NCBI GenBank assembly: GCA_035569025.1
Contig: DATMNN010000098.1
Span: forward strand, 11,644 to 75,643
Length of the DNA: 64,000 nucleotides
Direction: 5' to 3'
Source: Terriglobales bacterium
GTDB taxonomy: Bacteria > Acidobacteriota > Terriglobia > Terriglobales > Acidobacteriaceae
Part shown: positions 34,332 to 43,576 of the stretch, in pieces
Position numbering within the stretch: the stretch's first letter is position 1
Layout: each line of letters begins with the position of its first letter
Made by a program: the position numbers and the translations under genes
The notes under the pieces: generated by a model
What the model was told of the DNA's origin: nothing
Databases searched by the model: none
Seen by the model: only the letters and a program-made list of their open reading frames with translations

Positions 34332-36446
34332 TTGAAATCAAACAAGTTCGTTGCCACCCGTTTGCGGTTGGCATGTGCCGGCGCCCTGGTGCTTGGCATG
34401 ATGCTCATTTCTTCAACCGCGTTTGCGCAGTTTGGTTGTCCGCTGAGTAACGGCGGCACCCAAATCAAACACATCATTTATCTCCAGTTCGATAACGTCC
34501 ACTTCACGCGAGACAATCCTAACGTTCCTTCCGATCTCGAACAGATGCCCCACCTGTTGAACTTCCTGCAGGGCTTTGGCACGCTACACACCAACCACCA
34601 CACCCCGCTGATTTCGCACACGGCCAATGACATCCTCACGTCGCTTACGGGTGTTTATCCAGACCGGCATGGCGTTCCCATCGCCAACAGCTTCCGCTAC
34701 TACAACCCGGACGGCACGACCAATCCCGGCGTTTCGTTCGCGTACTGGACCGACTCGATCTTTGATCCGTCGTTGCCGGCGGTTCAGACCGACGTAACGA
34801 AAAACATGCTGACCGAGAAGGGCTTGAACGCGCCAGCTCCATGGGTACCTTACACGCGCGCAGGATGCGACTTTGGCGCGGTGGCCGCCGCTAACACCAT
34901 TCTGGAAAACATCACCGTTGACGTCGCGAAGGTGTTTGGTCCCACTTCCGATCAACAGGCGGAAGTGATCAGCAACCCCACGCTGGCGAACGCGGATTTT
35001 GTTGGAATCGGCATTCACTGCGCCGCGACCAGCAACCGCTGCTCCACACCCAACGGAGGCGAGGCCGATCTGTTGCCGGACGAACCGAAAGGCTACAGCG
35101 GATTTTCCGGACTGTTCGGCCACAAGTACGTTGCGCCCGTGATCAGTCCGAGTGGTCCCCTGACTGATTTGAATGGCAACGTGATCATGGATCCGAGCGG
35201 CAATCCTGGTTTTCCCGGTTTCGACGGGATGTCAGCCTATGTTTCACTCGGGTATGTGGCGGCGATGCAGGAAGCGGGCGTGCCTATCACCTACGCGTAC
35301 ATCTCTGACGCTCACGACGCTCATCCCAGCGGTCCCGCCTACGGACCTGGCCAGGCCGGTTTTGTAGCGGCTCTGGCAGCTTACGACGACGCCTTCAATA
35401 AGTTTTTCACCCGTCTCGGGAATGAAGGCATCGACCGCAGCAATACGCTGTTCATTGTTACCGCTGACGAGAACGATCATTTTGTTGGCGGCGCGGCTAG
35501 TCCCGACGGTTGCGACGGCAGCAACGTTCCCTGCACCTACGCGCAGATCGGCGAAATCAGCACCAACCTGGCCGGGCTGCTCGCTACAGAGCAGAGCGTC
35601 AAGACGCCGTTCACGGTACATTCCGACGACGCACCCGCGATCTACATCACGAACAATCCAAGCCGCAAGGACTCCACCACGCGCTTCTTCGAGCGTGCTG
35701 TTGGGAATCTGACGGCGCTCAACCCCATTACCGGCAATACGGACCCGCTCACCGTGTTTATGGCGGATCCGGTCGAACTGAAACTTTTGCACATGGTCAC
35801 CGCTGATCCCGCCCGGACACCGACGTTCATTCTGTTCGGCGATTCCAACTATTTCATGTTCGCCGGCGCGCAGAACTGCAATTCGCCCTGCGTCGCCGAA
35901 AGCCCGGGATTTGCCTGGAACCACGGCGACGTGCAATCCGACATCGTTACCACGTGGCTGGGTCTGGTTGGCCCCGGTGTGCAATCCAGAGGCATCGACG
36001 GAGACACCTGGTCAGATCACACCGACATTCGTCCGACGATGCTGATGCTGGCTGGCTTTAAGGACGACTACCTGCACGACGGCCGGGCACTGGTCGAAGA
36101 CCTGGACGGCGACGTACTGCCGCCCGGCCTGAGCAATGAACCTGCTTTTATCGCGTTGTCGGCGGCTTACAAGCAGATCAACGCACCGGTTGCCCAACTT
36201 GGACTCGACAGCCTGAAGATTTCCACCAAGGCGTTGAAGAGTAATGACCCAGGTGACAAAACCTATAATTCGCTGGAATCCCAACTGATGAAATTTACGG
36301 GCCGGCGAAACACCCTGATGAACCAGATGAGACACTTGCTGGAAAACGCCGAATTCAAAGGTGTACCACTGGATGACGCGGTCGTGAACGGTCTCGTCAG
36401 CCAGGCCAATACGCTTCTCAACGACGTACACACTCTGGCCCAATAG
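34332..36446 (+). CDS. Secreted alkaline-phosphatase-superfamily protein (nucleotide pyrophosphatase/phosphodiesterase-like)
   Basis: TTG start 8 nt after GGAGG, with a signal peptide. YLQFDN…PLISHTANDILTSLTGVYPDRHG resembles the metal-ligand Asp, the nucleophile Thr and the TGxYPxxHG block. Confidence 0.7.
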   Translation: MKSNKFVATRLRLACAGALVLGMMLISSTAFAQFGCPLSNGGTQIKHIIYLQFDNVHFTRDNPNVPSDLEQMPHLLNFLQGFGTLHTNHHTPLISHTANDILTSLTGVYPDRHGVPIANSFRYYNPDGTTNPGVSFAYWTDSIFDPSLPAVQTDVTKNMLTEKGLNAPAPWVPYTRAGCDFGAVAAANTILENITVDVAKVFGPTSDQQAEVISNPTLANADFVGIGIHCAATSNRCSTPNGGEADLLPDEPKGYSGFSGLFGHKYVAPVISPSGPLTDLNGNVIMDPSGNPGFPGFDGMSAYVSLGYVAAMQEAGVPITYAYISDAHDAHPSGPAYGPGQAGFVAALAAYDDAFNKFFTRLGNEGIDRSNTLFIVTADENDHFVGGAASPDGCDGSNVPCTYAQIGEISTNLAGLLATEQSVKTPFTVHSDDAPAIYITNNPSRKDSTTRFFERAVGNLTALNPITGNTDPLTVFMADPVELKLLHMVTADPARTPTFILFGDSNYFMFAGAQNCNSPCVAESPGFAWNHGDVQSDIVTTWLGLVGPGVQSRGIDGDTWSDHTDIRPTMLMLAGFKDDYLHDGRALVEDLDGDVLPPGLSNEPAFIALSAAYKQINAPVAQLGLDSLKISTKALKSNDPGDKTYNSLESQLMKFTGRRNTLMNQMRHLLENAEFKGVPLDDAVVNGLVSQANTLLNDVHTLAQ

Positions 36447-36477
36447 TTGCGGCCGTAGTGAGTCGTCCGACGCATCG

Positions 36478-36506
36478 GCCCCAGGCGTTAAAGCCTGGGG
36501 CTTTTT
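36478..36506 (+). terminator. Rho-independent terminator
   Basis: 9-bp GC stem gccccaggc/gcctggggc, a 6-nt loop, then TTTTT. Confidence 0.75.
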
Positions 36507-36588
36507 CTTGTTCCGTGCGAGTCGATTGCGAGCGCAAGGTTTTCGATGAGAGTGGCCCGCCATGCCTCTCTCGCATTATCATACGAAT

Positions 36589-36942
36589 ATGAACCTTGGC
36601 TTTTCAGAGATGGTGTTCCTGTTCATTCTGGCCCTGCTGATCTTTGGCCCGAAGAGGCTGCCGGAAGTGGGACGGCAGATCGGCCGCTTCATGAACGAAT
36701 TCAAGCGGGCTTCGAACGAGTTCAAGGCGCAGATCGAATCGGAAATTAATTCCCTGGAAAGTGAAGTGACCCCGCAAATTCTTCCGCCGCTGCACGCTCC
36801 GCTCAATTCTCTAGCCAGCCGAATTTTCAATCCTCCTCCGCCGGAAAGGCTGAAAGCCGCTGAAGCCGAGGCGGAAGCTGCAGTCGAACACGCGACTGAA
36901 ACCGAGCCCACGCCCGCGCCGAAAGTGGCTCCCGATGCCTGA
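36589..36942 (+). CDS. tatA: Twin-arginine translocase TatA/TatB-family protein
   Basis: MNLGFSEMVFLFILALLIFGPKRLPEVGRQIGRFMNEFKRA. Confidence 0.85.
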   Translation: MNLGFSEMVFLFILALLIFGPKRLPEVGRQIGRFMNEFKRASNEFKAQIESEINSLESEVTPQILPPLHAPLNSLASRIFNPPPPERLKAAEAEAEAAVEHATETEPTPAPKVAPDA

Positions 36943-37732
36943 GGCGACCGCGTCCTCGGTGAACGAACCGGCGAAGGATGAAATGCCGACCATGGGTTTC
37001 CTCGAGCATCTCGAGGAATTGCGGCGTCGAATTATCTATTCGATCATCGCCATGGCGGGCGGCTTCTTCGTCTGCTGGGGATACGCCGAGCGGATATACG
37101 AAGTCATGCAGCGCCCGGTGATCGAGGCGCTCGAGAAAAATCACGTCGCGGCAAAATTGGTCTACCTGAACCCGACCGAGCCATTCAACCTGTACATGAA
37201 AGTCGGCCTGATGGCCGGCCTGTTCGTGGCCTCACCCTTCGTGCTGTATCAGGTATGGCTCTTCATTTCGCCCGGCCTCTATCGCCACGAAAAGCGCTAT
37301 GTGTTCCCGTTCATGTTCTCGACCGTCGCGCTTTTTCTTGCCGGCGGATATTTCGGATACAAACTGGTCCTGCCGCAGGCGCTCGTCTTCCTGATCGGTT
37401 ACGGCAAGGAATTTCAGCCCATGATTACTCTGGGCGAATACAGTTCGCTGTTTCTGGCAGTGATCATCGGTCTCGGCGTGATTTTCGAGATGCCGATTCT
37501 GGTGTTCTTCCTGTCGCTGATGGGCATCGTGACGGCCGGCTGGATGTGGCGGAATCTGCGCTATTCGATCCTTGGGATTTTTGTGGTCGCGGCCATCTTG
37601 ACGCCGACGACCGATATTCTGAACATGTGCATCTTCGCGGCGCCGATGGTTGCGTTGTATGTACTGAGCATCGGCATCGCCTGGCTGGTCCATCCCGCGC
37701 AACGGAAGAAACGGGCGGAGAAGAAATCCTAA
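36935..37732 (+). CDS. tatC: Twin-arginine translocase subunit TatC
   Basis: MGFLEHLEELRRRII…, six TM segments, and the PFVLYQVWLFISPGLY block. Alternative ATG starts are at 36983 and 36992. Confidence 0.9.
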   Translation: MPEATASSVNEPAKDEMPTMGFLEHLEELRRRIIYSIIAMAGGFFVCWGYAERIYEVMQRPVIEALEKNHVAAKLVYLNPTEPFNLYMKVGLMAGLFVASPFVLYQVWLFISPGLYRHEKRYVFPFMFSTVALFLAGGYFGYKLVLPQALVFLIGYGKEFQPMITLGEYSSLFLAVIIGLGVIFEMPILVFFLSLMGIVTAGWMWRNLRYSILGIFVVAAILTPTTDILNMCIFAAPMVALYVLSIGIAWLVHPAQRKKRAEKKS

Positions 37733-37754
37733 CCACGGAGGCACCGAGGACGAG
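37731..37754. repeat. Short repeat family ccacggaggcaccgagg
   Basis: aaccacggaggcaccgaggacgag directly follows the tatC stop. Confidence 0.5.
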
Positions 37755-37756
37755 CG

Positions 37757-38794
37757 ATGACGGTATCTCAGAAACACGGATTGAAACTTAATCGCAGCGG
37801 TTTCCCCGGTGTTTCTCTGTGGATCGGTATTCTGCTGTCGTTGCTCCTATTCGTCCTCGCAGCGTGCAGCAAGGGTTCGTCGTCAACGTCGGTGACGCCG
37901 GTCAACGCGGCGTCGAGTGGCGCACCGGAACCAGCAGCGCCGTCCGCTGATGCTGTGGCCGACGCCGGCCCGCTACCGCAAATCGATTCCAAGCGCGCCT
38001 TCCAGTACATCAAAGACATCGTCGCGTTCGGAACGCGTCCCATGGGCAGCGAGAATCACAAAAAGGTCGAGAACTACATCACCGCGCATTTAAAGGGCGA
38101 TCAAGTCGAAGACGACGCCTTCACCGCCGACACGGTGGAAGGGAAGTTCCCGGTTAGGAATATCATCGCCAAGTATCCGGGATCGAAAGACGGAATCATC
38201 GTGATCCTCGGCCACTACGACACGAACTATCCGTTGCGGGATACCGGATTCGTCGGCGCCAATGACGGCGGTTCCTCGGCCGCGATCCTGCTCGAATACG
38301 CGAACCACCTGCGCGGCAAGAAGCGCGACGGATACAGCGTCTGGCTGGTCTGGACGGATGGCGAAGAAGCAGTCCGCCAATGGAGTGCGACCGATAGCCT
38401 TTACGGCGCGCGCCACCTTGCCGAACGCTGGGAAAAAGACGGCACGCTGAAGCAGATCAAAGCCCTCCTCGTCATGGACATGATTGGCGACGCCGATCTG
38501 AACATCGACAAGGAAACCAACTCCACGCCCTGGCTGACCGACCTGATGTACGCGGCCGCCGAGCGTAGCGGCGTGCAGTCGCACTTCTACGCGCGCGCCG
38601 GCGCCATTGAAGACGATCACATGCCGTTCGTAAAACTCGGCGTTCCCAGCCTCGACGTCATCGATTTGGATTACGGCTACAACAACGTCTTCCACCACAC
38701 TCCGCAGGACACGATCGACAAGCTGAGCCCGCGCAGCCTGGAAATCGTCGGCAACACGACCCTGGAGGCCCTGCGGATGATCGACCAGCGGTAG
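37757..38794 (+). CDS. M28-family metallopeptidase lipoprotein (aminopeptidase/glutaminyl-cyclase-like)
   Basis: Lipobox LFVLAAC is present. M28 metal-ligand blocks are GHYDT…GANDGGSSAA…WTDGEE…DDHMPF. Confidence 0.85.
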   Translation: MTVSQKHGLKLNRSGFPGVSLWIGILLSLLLFVLAACSKGSSSTSVTPVNAASSGAPEPAAPSADAVADAGPLPQIDSKRAFQYIKDIVAFGTRPMGSENHKKVENYITAHLKGDQVEDDAFTADTVEGKFPVRNIIAKYPGSKDGIIVILGHYDTNYPLRDTGFVGANDGGSSAAILLEYANHLRGKKRDGYSVWLVWTDGEEAVRQWSATDSLYGARHLAERWEKDGTLKQIKALLVMDMIGDADLNIDKETNSTPWLTDLMYAAAERSGVQSHFYARAGAIEDDHMPFVKLGVPSLDVIDLDYGYNNVFHHTPQDTIDKLSPRSLEIVGNTTLEALRMIDQR

Positions 38795-38824
38795 GAGAGC
38801 GGCCCGAAAATTACTTGATTCAAT

Positions 38825-38843
38825 CCCTACTAATATAGTAGGG
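38825..38843. promoter_or_regulatory. Palindrome ccctacta-ata-tagtaggg upstream of the molybdoenzyme gene
   Basis: Perfect 8-bp arms, 24 nt upstream of the ATG at 38867. This is either an operator or a weak terminator of the M28 gene. Confidence 0.3.
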
Positions 38844-38866
38844 TTTAAATTCGTGGAGACCACTGC

Positions 38867-40033
38867 ATGACTTCCCGCCGTGATTTTCTCAAGACTGCAT
38901 CTGCCGTCGCCCTGGCTGCCGGAGCGGCTCATCCGCTTCTCACCTGGGCGGACGATGCCGCTGCCATCAGCGTGCCGGGCAAAGAGGGCATGATTGTCCG
39001 TTCCTATCGCTTTCTCGATCTGGAAATGCCAGTGGAACTCATGACCGAGTGGATCACTCCGGTCCAGCACTTCTATGTGCGCAATCACATGTTCGCGCCT
39101 GCAAAGATTGATCCGAGCACCTGGAAGCTGACCATCGGCGGGGAAGTCGACAAGCCGTTTTCGCTTACGCTGGCTGACTTGGAGAAAATTCCCCAGCACA
39201 CCGTCACCAACGCCATGGAGTGCGCCGGGAATGGACGCTCGATGCAGAGTCCCAAGGTGCCGGGAATTCAGTGGGGCAAAGGCGCGGTGGGCAACGGCAA
39301 GTTCTCCGGGCCAAGTTTGAAAACTCTGTTGGAGAAGGCCGGAGTCAAAGACACCGGCAAACACGTGATGTTTCGTGGACTCGACGAAGTGCCGGGCAAA
39401 GTGCCGCCGTTCATTCGCAGCATTCCGATTGAAAAGGCGATTGACGCCGACACCCTGATCGCCACCCACATGAACGATGCGCCGTTGACCACACACCACG
39501 GATTTCCAGCCCGCGTGCTCACGCCCGGATGGGCCGGTGCCGCATCCTGCAAGTGGTTGACCGAAATCACTGTGCTCGACAAGCCTGCGGAAGGAAATTT
39601 CATGAGTCCCGGCTATCGTCTTCCGAACACTCCCGTGAAGCCCGGGGAGGCGGTCAAACCCGAGGACACCCACTCCGTGACCGGACTCGCCGTGAAGTCA
39701 TTAATCGCCGGACCGGGTGACGGAGCGAAGCTCAAGCCGGGCAAACAGGAAATCAAAGGCGTCGCATGGGCGGGCGAAGCGGACATCACGAAGGTTGAGA
39801 TTTCGACCGACGGCGGCGCGTCCTGGAATGGTGCGCAACTCGGCACGGATCACGCCAAGTATGCCTGGCGCCTGTGGACTTACGCATGGAAGCCCGCAAA
39901 GAGCGGCGACTACGTAATCCTCTCCCGCGCCACCGACAGCCAGGGACGAGTGCAGCCCGACGCGGCCGTGTGGAATCCGAGCGGTTATTTGTACAACGCC
40001 TACGATCAGGTGAAGGTCTATGTCCAGGCTTAG
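38867..40033 (+). CDS. Tat-exported sulfite-oxidase-family molybdopterin oxidoreductase (SorA-like)
   Basis: Tat signal MTSRRDFLKTASAVALAAGAA is present. The Mo-ligand Cys context is NAMECAGNGRS. A C-terminal dimerisation domain follows. Confidence 0.85.
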   Translation: MTSRRDFLKTASAVALAAGAAHPLLTWADDAAAISVPGKEGMIVRSYRFLDLEMPVELMTEWITPVQHFYVRNHMFAPAKIDPSTWKLTIGGEVDKPFSLTLADLEKIPQHTVTNAMECAGNGRSMQSPKVPGIQWGKGAVGNGKFSGPSLKTLLEKAGVKDTGKHVMFRGLDEVPGKVPPFIRSIPIEKAIDADTLIATHMNDAPLTTHHGFPARVLTPGWAGAASCKWLTEITVLDKPAEGNFMSPGYRLPNTPVKPGEAVKPEDTHSVTGLAVKSLIAGPGDGAKLKPGKQEIKGVAWAGEADITKVEISTDGGASWNGAQLGTDHAKYAWRLWTYAWKPAKSGDYVILSRATDSQGRVQPDAAVWNPSGYLYNAYDQVKVYVQA

Positions 40034-40376
40034 CGCGTACCTCGTGACCGTTGCTCTTGTGTGTGCGGCGGTGGTGTCGGCTGCCGCAGCGCCTCAGAAC
40101 GAGCAGTTACCCGCCGGACCGATGCAGGAGAAGGCTGCCGCCGCGTGCCTGAGTTGCCACGAGGCGCGCATTATCGTGCAGCAGCGTTTAAGCAAAGCCG
40201 CGTGGGCCCGCGAAATGGACAAGATGACGAAATGGGGCGCGCCGGTTGATCCCGCGGACCGTGACGCATTGATCGATTACTTCAGCGCGAATTTCAGTCC
40301 CGAGCAGTCGCCGTACGTGGCTCCGAGAACGAGTGGCAAGCCGGTTTCGAAAACGAGCGCGAAAGCGAAGCATTGA
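40020..40376 (+). CDS. Monoheme cytochrome c (SorB-like partner)
   Basis: Signal peptide and a single CLSCHE haem motif. It overlaps the upstream gene by 14 nt. Confidence 0.75.
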   Translation: MSRLSAYLVTVALVCAAVVSAAAAPQNEQLPAGPMQEKAAAACLSCHEARIIVQQRLSKAAWAREMDKMTKWGAPVDPADRDALIDYFSANFSPEQSPYVAPRTSGKPVSKTSAKAKH

Positions 40377-40417
40377 TCGCAGCGGTGAACCGCTGCGTCA
40401 CCCAAAAGCAGGGACTG
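40376..40417. repeat. Repeat family agcggtgaaccgctgcg(c/t)cacccaaaagcag
   Basis: atcgcagcggtgaaccgctgcgtcacccaaaagcagggactg. Related copies are at 45906-45953 and 57868-57914. Confidence 0.75.
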
Positions 40418-40425
40418 CGGCCGGA

Positions 40426-40836
40426 TCAGGTTCCATCCGCGGATTTTGTCTCACCCGGTTTCTGTTGCAGGGCAAGCCAGGCTTCCGCCTCGCTCGCGCT
40501 CGGAAAAGTACGTGTGACGCGAAAGACTTCCTCTGCCAGCGCTTCAAACATGCGCATCATCCCGAAGAGCGCGTGGTGGCTGGCTACGATTGCGCAGGCA
40601 TCGAAGCGAACCCTGGGTTGCACCCGCTTCAATTGAGTGACGACTGCCGAAATCTGCCGCGTTTCCGGCAGAGAGGTCACTTCGCTGCAATCCAGGAAGA
40701 CGTCGAGTTGCGCCGGACATTCCGGATCGCGCTCCAAGGCCTGGAAATGCTCGATGATCTCTGGCAGAGTCAAATGCCCGGTACAGGTTGTCCGGATCGT
40801 TCTCTTGTCCGCCGAAAATTGGTAAGTGATGGGCAC
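40426..40836 (-). CDS. Hypothetical protein, possibly STAS/SpoIIAA-like
   Basis: 136-aa ORF with protein-like composition. The fold guess is from pattern only. Confidence 0.45.
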   Translation of the reverse strand: MPITYQFSADKRTIRTTCTGHLTLPEIIEHFQALERDPECPAQLDVFLDCSEVTSLPETRQISAVVTQLKRVQPRVRFDACAIVASHHALFGMMRMFEALAEEVFRVTRTFPSASEAEAWLALQQKPGETKSADGT

Positions 40837-40907
40837 AGGTCGAAATCCCTATTGAGCGGGTGTGATCCCCGGTTTAGGTCGCAATGAAGACTTCCGTATG
40901 GCAGCTG

Positions 40908-41264
40908 CTAAACAGTTTGCCTAGCCGGAACCAGCGCGGCGAGCGGTACACCGATTACTGCAAACAGAACCACGCCCAGAATGTGTTCGTGCGCGCGCGC
41001 GTCCCGTAATGCCATGATCGCCATCACAGCCGCATGGGCCAGGCTTGACCACCCAGCAAACGCAATCAGGCTGCGGTTTGCCGAAGGGTTCCGCGCCGCC
41101 AGTAGCAAAAGAATCCCGAGGGTGATGTACAAAGTCCCCATCATGGCGTCGGTGTATCCGGGTTCGTCACGCTGCCACACGATTATCGTCACCGGATAGA
41201 TTCCGGCGATAAACAGCAGTCCCACCAACACCAGCAAAATCTTCAGCACCCGTTCGTTCGACAT
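40908..41264 (-). CDS. Hypothetical membrane protein (4 predicted TM helices)
   Basis: The translation has four hydrophobic segments and a clean ATG start. Confidence 0.6.
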   Translation of the reverse strand: MSNERVLKILLVLVGLLFIAGIYPVTIIVWQRDEPGYTDAMMGTLYITLGILLLLAARNPSANRSLIAFAGWSSLAHAAVMAIMALRDARAHEHILGVVLFAVIGVPLAALVPARQTV

Positions 41265-41477
41265 GGCGCCCTCCGTGAAAAGTATCGGATTGGCCTGAGA
41301 TGTTAGGAGCCAGGATGCGGCAAGTCAACAGAATCGCCGGGATTCTCATGACTCGTTTTTTTTGTTTTGTTCAGGCCTGCCCGGAGTTCCACAGGAGTTT
41401 CCGTCTTGACCGCAATTCGCCTCCGCCCCTACCATGGAAACAGCACCCTTTGGGGTGACTCTAATCGGCTGGAAGCC

Positions 41478-41816
41478 GTGAGTTCTTGGGGATCCGCTTT
41501 GTTCGATAAGGTTTTGTTAGCAGGATTTTTGATTGCCAGCTTCAGCCTAGCAGGCGCACAGACCAAGCCGTTGCCTCCCGGGCCCGTGCAGGCCAAGGTA
41601 AAGGCCACCTGCACACAATGCCACAACGCCGCCCGCATCACCGAGCAGCATCTGACGCGGCAGGAGTGGTCGACGGAACTCGACAAAATGGTCAACCTGG
41701 GCGCCGACGTCCCGGATGCCGATCGCGCTGCGCTTCTGAATTACCTGTCCAAGAACTTCGGCCCGGAGAAGGTCGGCAAGGCTACGCCGAAGAAAAGTTC
41801 AGAAGAGACGAAATAG
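41478..41816 (+). CDS. Monoheme cytochrome c, paralog of 40020..40376
   Basis: GTG start after GGAAG, with a signal peptide. CTQCHN haem motif is present. The downstream block …W..E.DKM…GA.V…DR.AL..Y.S.NF.PE is shared with the SorB-like protein. Confidence 0.7.
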   Translation: MSSWGSALFDKVLLAGFLIASFSLAGAQTKPLPPGPVQAKVKATCTQCHNAARITEQHLTRQEWSTELDKMVNLGADVPDADRAALLNYLSKNFGPEKVGKATPKKSSEETK

Positions 41817-41982
41817 CTGCCTGCATGGTGAGCCCGGTCCCGTATCTAAACAATTACTTGAACTTGTTCGCGCACTTCGGCATGCTCACAACAGTTCGAG
41901 ATTGATCATGGCAGCGCTACCGTAGCGCCTCCTGGGCTCTGGGTCGGTAGCGCTTTGCTGTCTCTGCTGCTCGTCGAGCTTC

Positions 41983-43431
41983 CTAAGTGATTTCCGCTGA
42001 ACTGACAGCCGACAACCGTGAGCCAGCCGCAATTACCAGCGCCCGTTGCAGCGCTTCAAGGTGCCGCTCCTCCGTCAGGTAGCTGACCACCATCACGCGG
42101 ATTACGCTCTCGCCGTCGACGATCGTTTCCGATATCCAGCGTTGGCCGTCGCGCGTGACGTCGTCCACGATCGCGTTGTGTAACGCAGCGCGTTGTTTCG
42201 GATCGGCGATTCCTTTCAAGCGCAGGTTGAGGATCGGCACCACCATGGGCGCCGACAGTTCGAACGGCCCGGAATTGGTCACCCAGTCGGCAAATGCGCG
42301 CGCCAGATTCATCTGCCGGTCGATGTGTTCCTCGTACGCCCGGCGTCCGTGCACCTTGAGCGTCAGCCAGAGCTTCATGGCGTTCATGCGGCGAGTCCAC
42401 TGCGTACTGATTTTCGAATTGTCAGGCAGTATGGCTCCGTCCGCTTTCGGCATGTAGGGCGCATAGACCGCAAACGCGCGCTCCAGAATTTCGGGATGGC
42501 TCGTCAGGATCACTCCCGCGGCAAACGGGACGGCCAGCCACTTGTGCGGATCGATGGTGATGGAGTCCGCCTGCTCGATCCCGCGGATGAGAAGCCGGTG
42601 TTTGTCGGAGAAGATCAGCGAGGCCCCGTACGCGCCGTCCACGTGCAGCCAGAGCTGGTGACGCCGGCAGACCTCGGCGATCGCAGGCAGGTCGTCGATG
42701 ATCCCGGAACTAGTGGTGCCGGCGGTCGCGACCACGCAGAACGGCTTGCGTCCAGCACGCAGGTCGGATTCGATTGCGAGGCTGAGCGCGCCGGGGTCGA
42801 TCTGCAGCCGCTGGTTGAGCGCAACCCGCCGCAATGCTTTGCGCCCGATGCCCATTAATCCCGCTGACTTGTCGAGCGAGTGATGCGACTCGGCGGAAGC
42901 ATAGGCGACAGGTTGCGCCCCGATCGTTACAACTCCGTCGTCGATTGCGTTCGGAAATTTCCACGCCAGCGCGAGCGCCAGGCCACTGAAGTTGGCTTCG
43001 TTGCCGCCGCTGGTGAAGGTGCCGTTGAAACTGCCCGGCCAGCCTACTCGTTCGCCGATCCAGCGCAGGGTTTCGACCTCGATTTTCGAGGCCAGTTGCG
43101 AACGGGCCAGTGTTGCCAGCTGCGGATTCAGCCCAGCGACCAGCGCTTCGCCCAGAAAGCCCATATACGTCGGCGTGGGATTCATTAGTCCGAAGTAATT
43201 CGCCGCGGGGACGTGGAAGCCCTGGTCGACCATTTCGCGGCAGATGTCGTCGAGCACTTGAGCAGGGTCGGCCCCTTCTTCGGGCATTGGATCGTCGAGC
43301 GGGCCGTAGGTGCGCTGGTCCGCGTGCTGTTGTACGGGACGGTCGGGCAGGGAAGAGTAGAAGGCGTCGATGTGGTCGATGAGCTTGTAGCCGAGCTTGC
43401 GGCGAAGGTCAGGTGTGAGGTCGAATCGCAT
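41983..43431 (-). CDS. Group II pyridoxal-phosphate-dependent decarboxylase
   Basis: NPTPTYMGFLGE…FTSGGNEANF…SITIDPHKWLAVPF (PLP-lysine motif). Confidence 0.9.
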   Translation of the reverse strand: MRFDLTPDLRRKLGYKLIDHIDAFYSSLPDRPVQQHADQRTYGPLDDPMPEEGADPAQVLDDICREMVDQGFHVPAANYFGLMNPTPTYMGFLGEALVAGLNPQLATLARSQLASKIEVETLRWIGERVGWPGSFNGTFTSGGNEANFSGLALALAWKFPNAIDDGVVTIGAQPVAYASAESHHSLDKSAGLMGIGRKALRRVALNQRLQIDPGALSLAIESDLRAGRKPFCVVATAGTTSSGIIDDLPAIAEVCRRHQLWLHVDGAYGASLIFSDKHRLLIRGIEQADSITIDPHKWLAVPFAAGVILTSHPEILERAFAVYAPYMPKADGAILPDNSKISTQWTRRMNAMKLWLTLKVHGRRAYEEHIDRQMNLARAFADWVTNSGPFELSAPMVVPILNLRLKGIADPKQRAALHNAIVDDVTRDGQRWISETIVDGESVIRVMVVSYLTEERHLEALQRALVIAAGSRLSAVSSAEIT

Positions 43432-43576
43432 AGAGATCGGTGTCAGGTCTCGGGCTATTGATGCCTGCCACGCGGGAGGTGATGCAGTCTATCTGAGCCT
43501 TGGGTTCGCGCCGAGGGGACTACGCGGTGCTGTGCTCGACTCAGGTCCTTCCCTTTCACTTCAGGACGACAATTTG

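Noticed and set aside
38090-39673. 527-aa ORF on the minus strand
   Set aside because: It lies antisense across the well-supported M28 peptidase and Mo-enzyme genes. It is R/G/V/H-rich with no domain pattern, which is typical of a high-GC shadow ORF.
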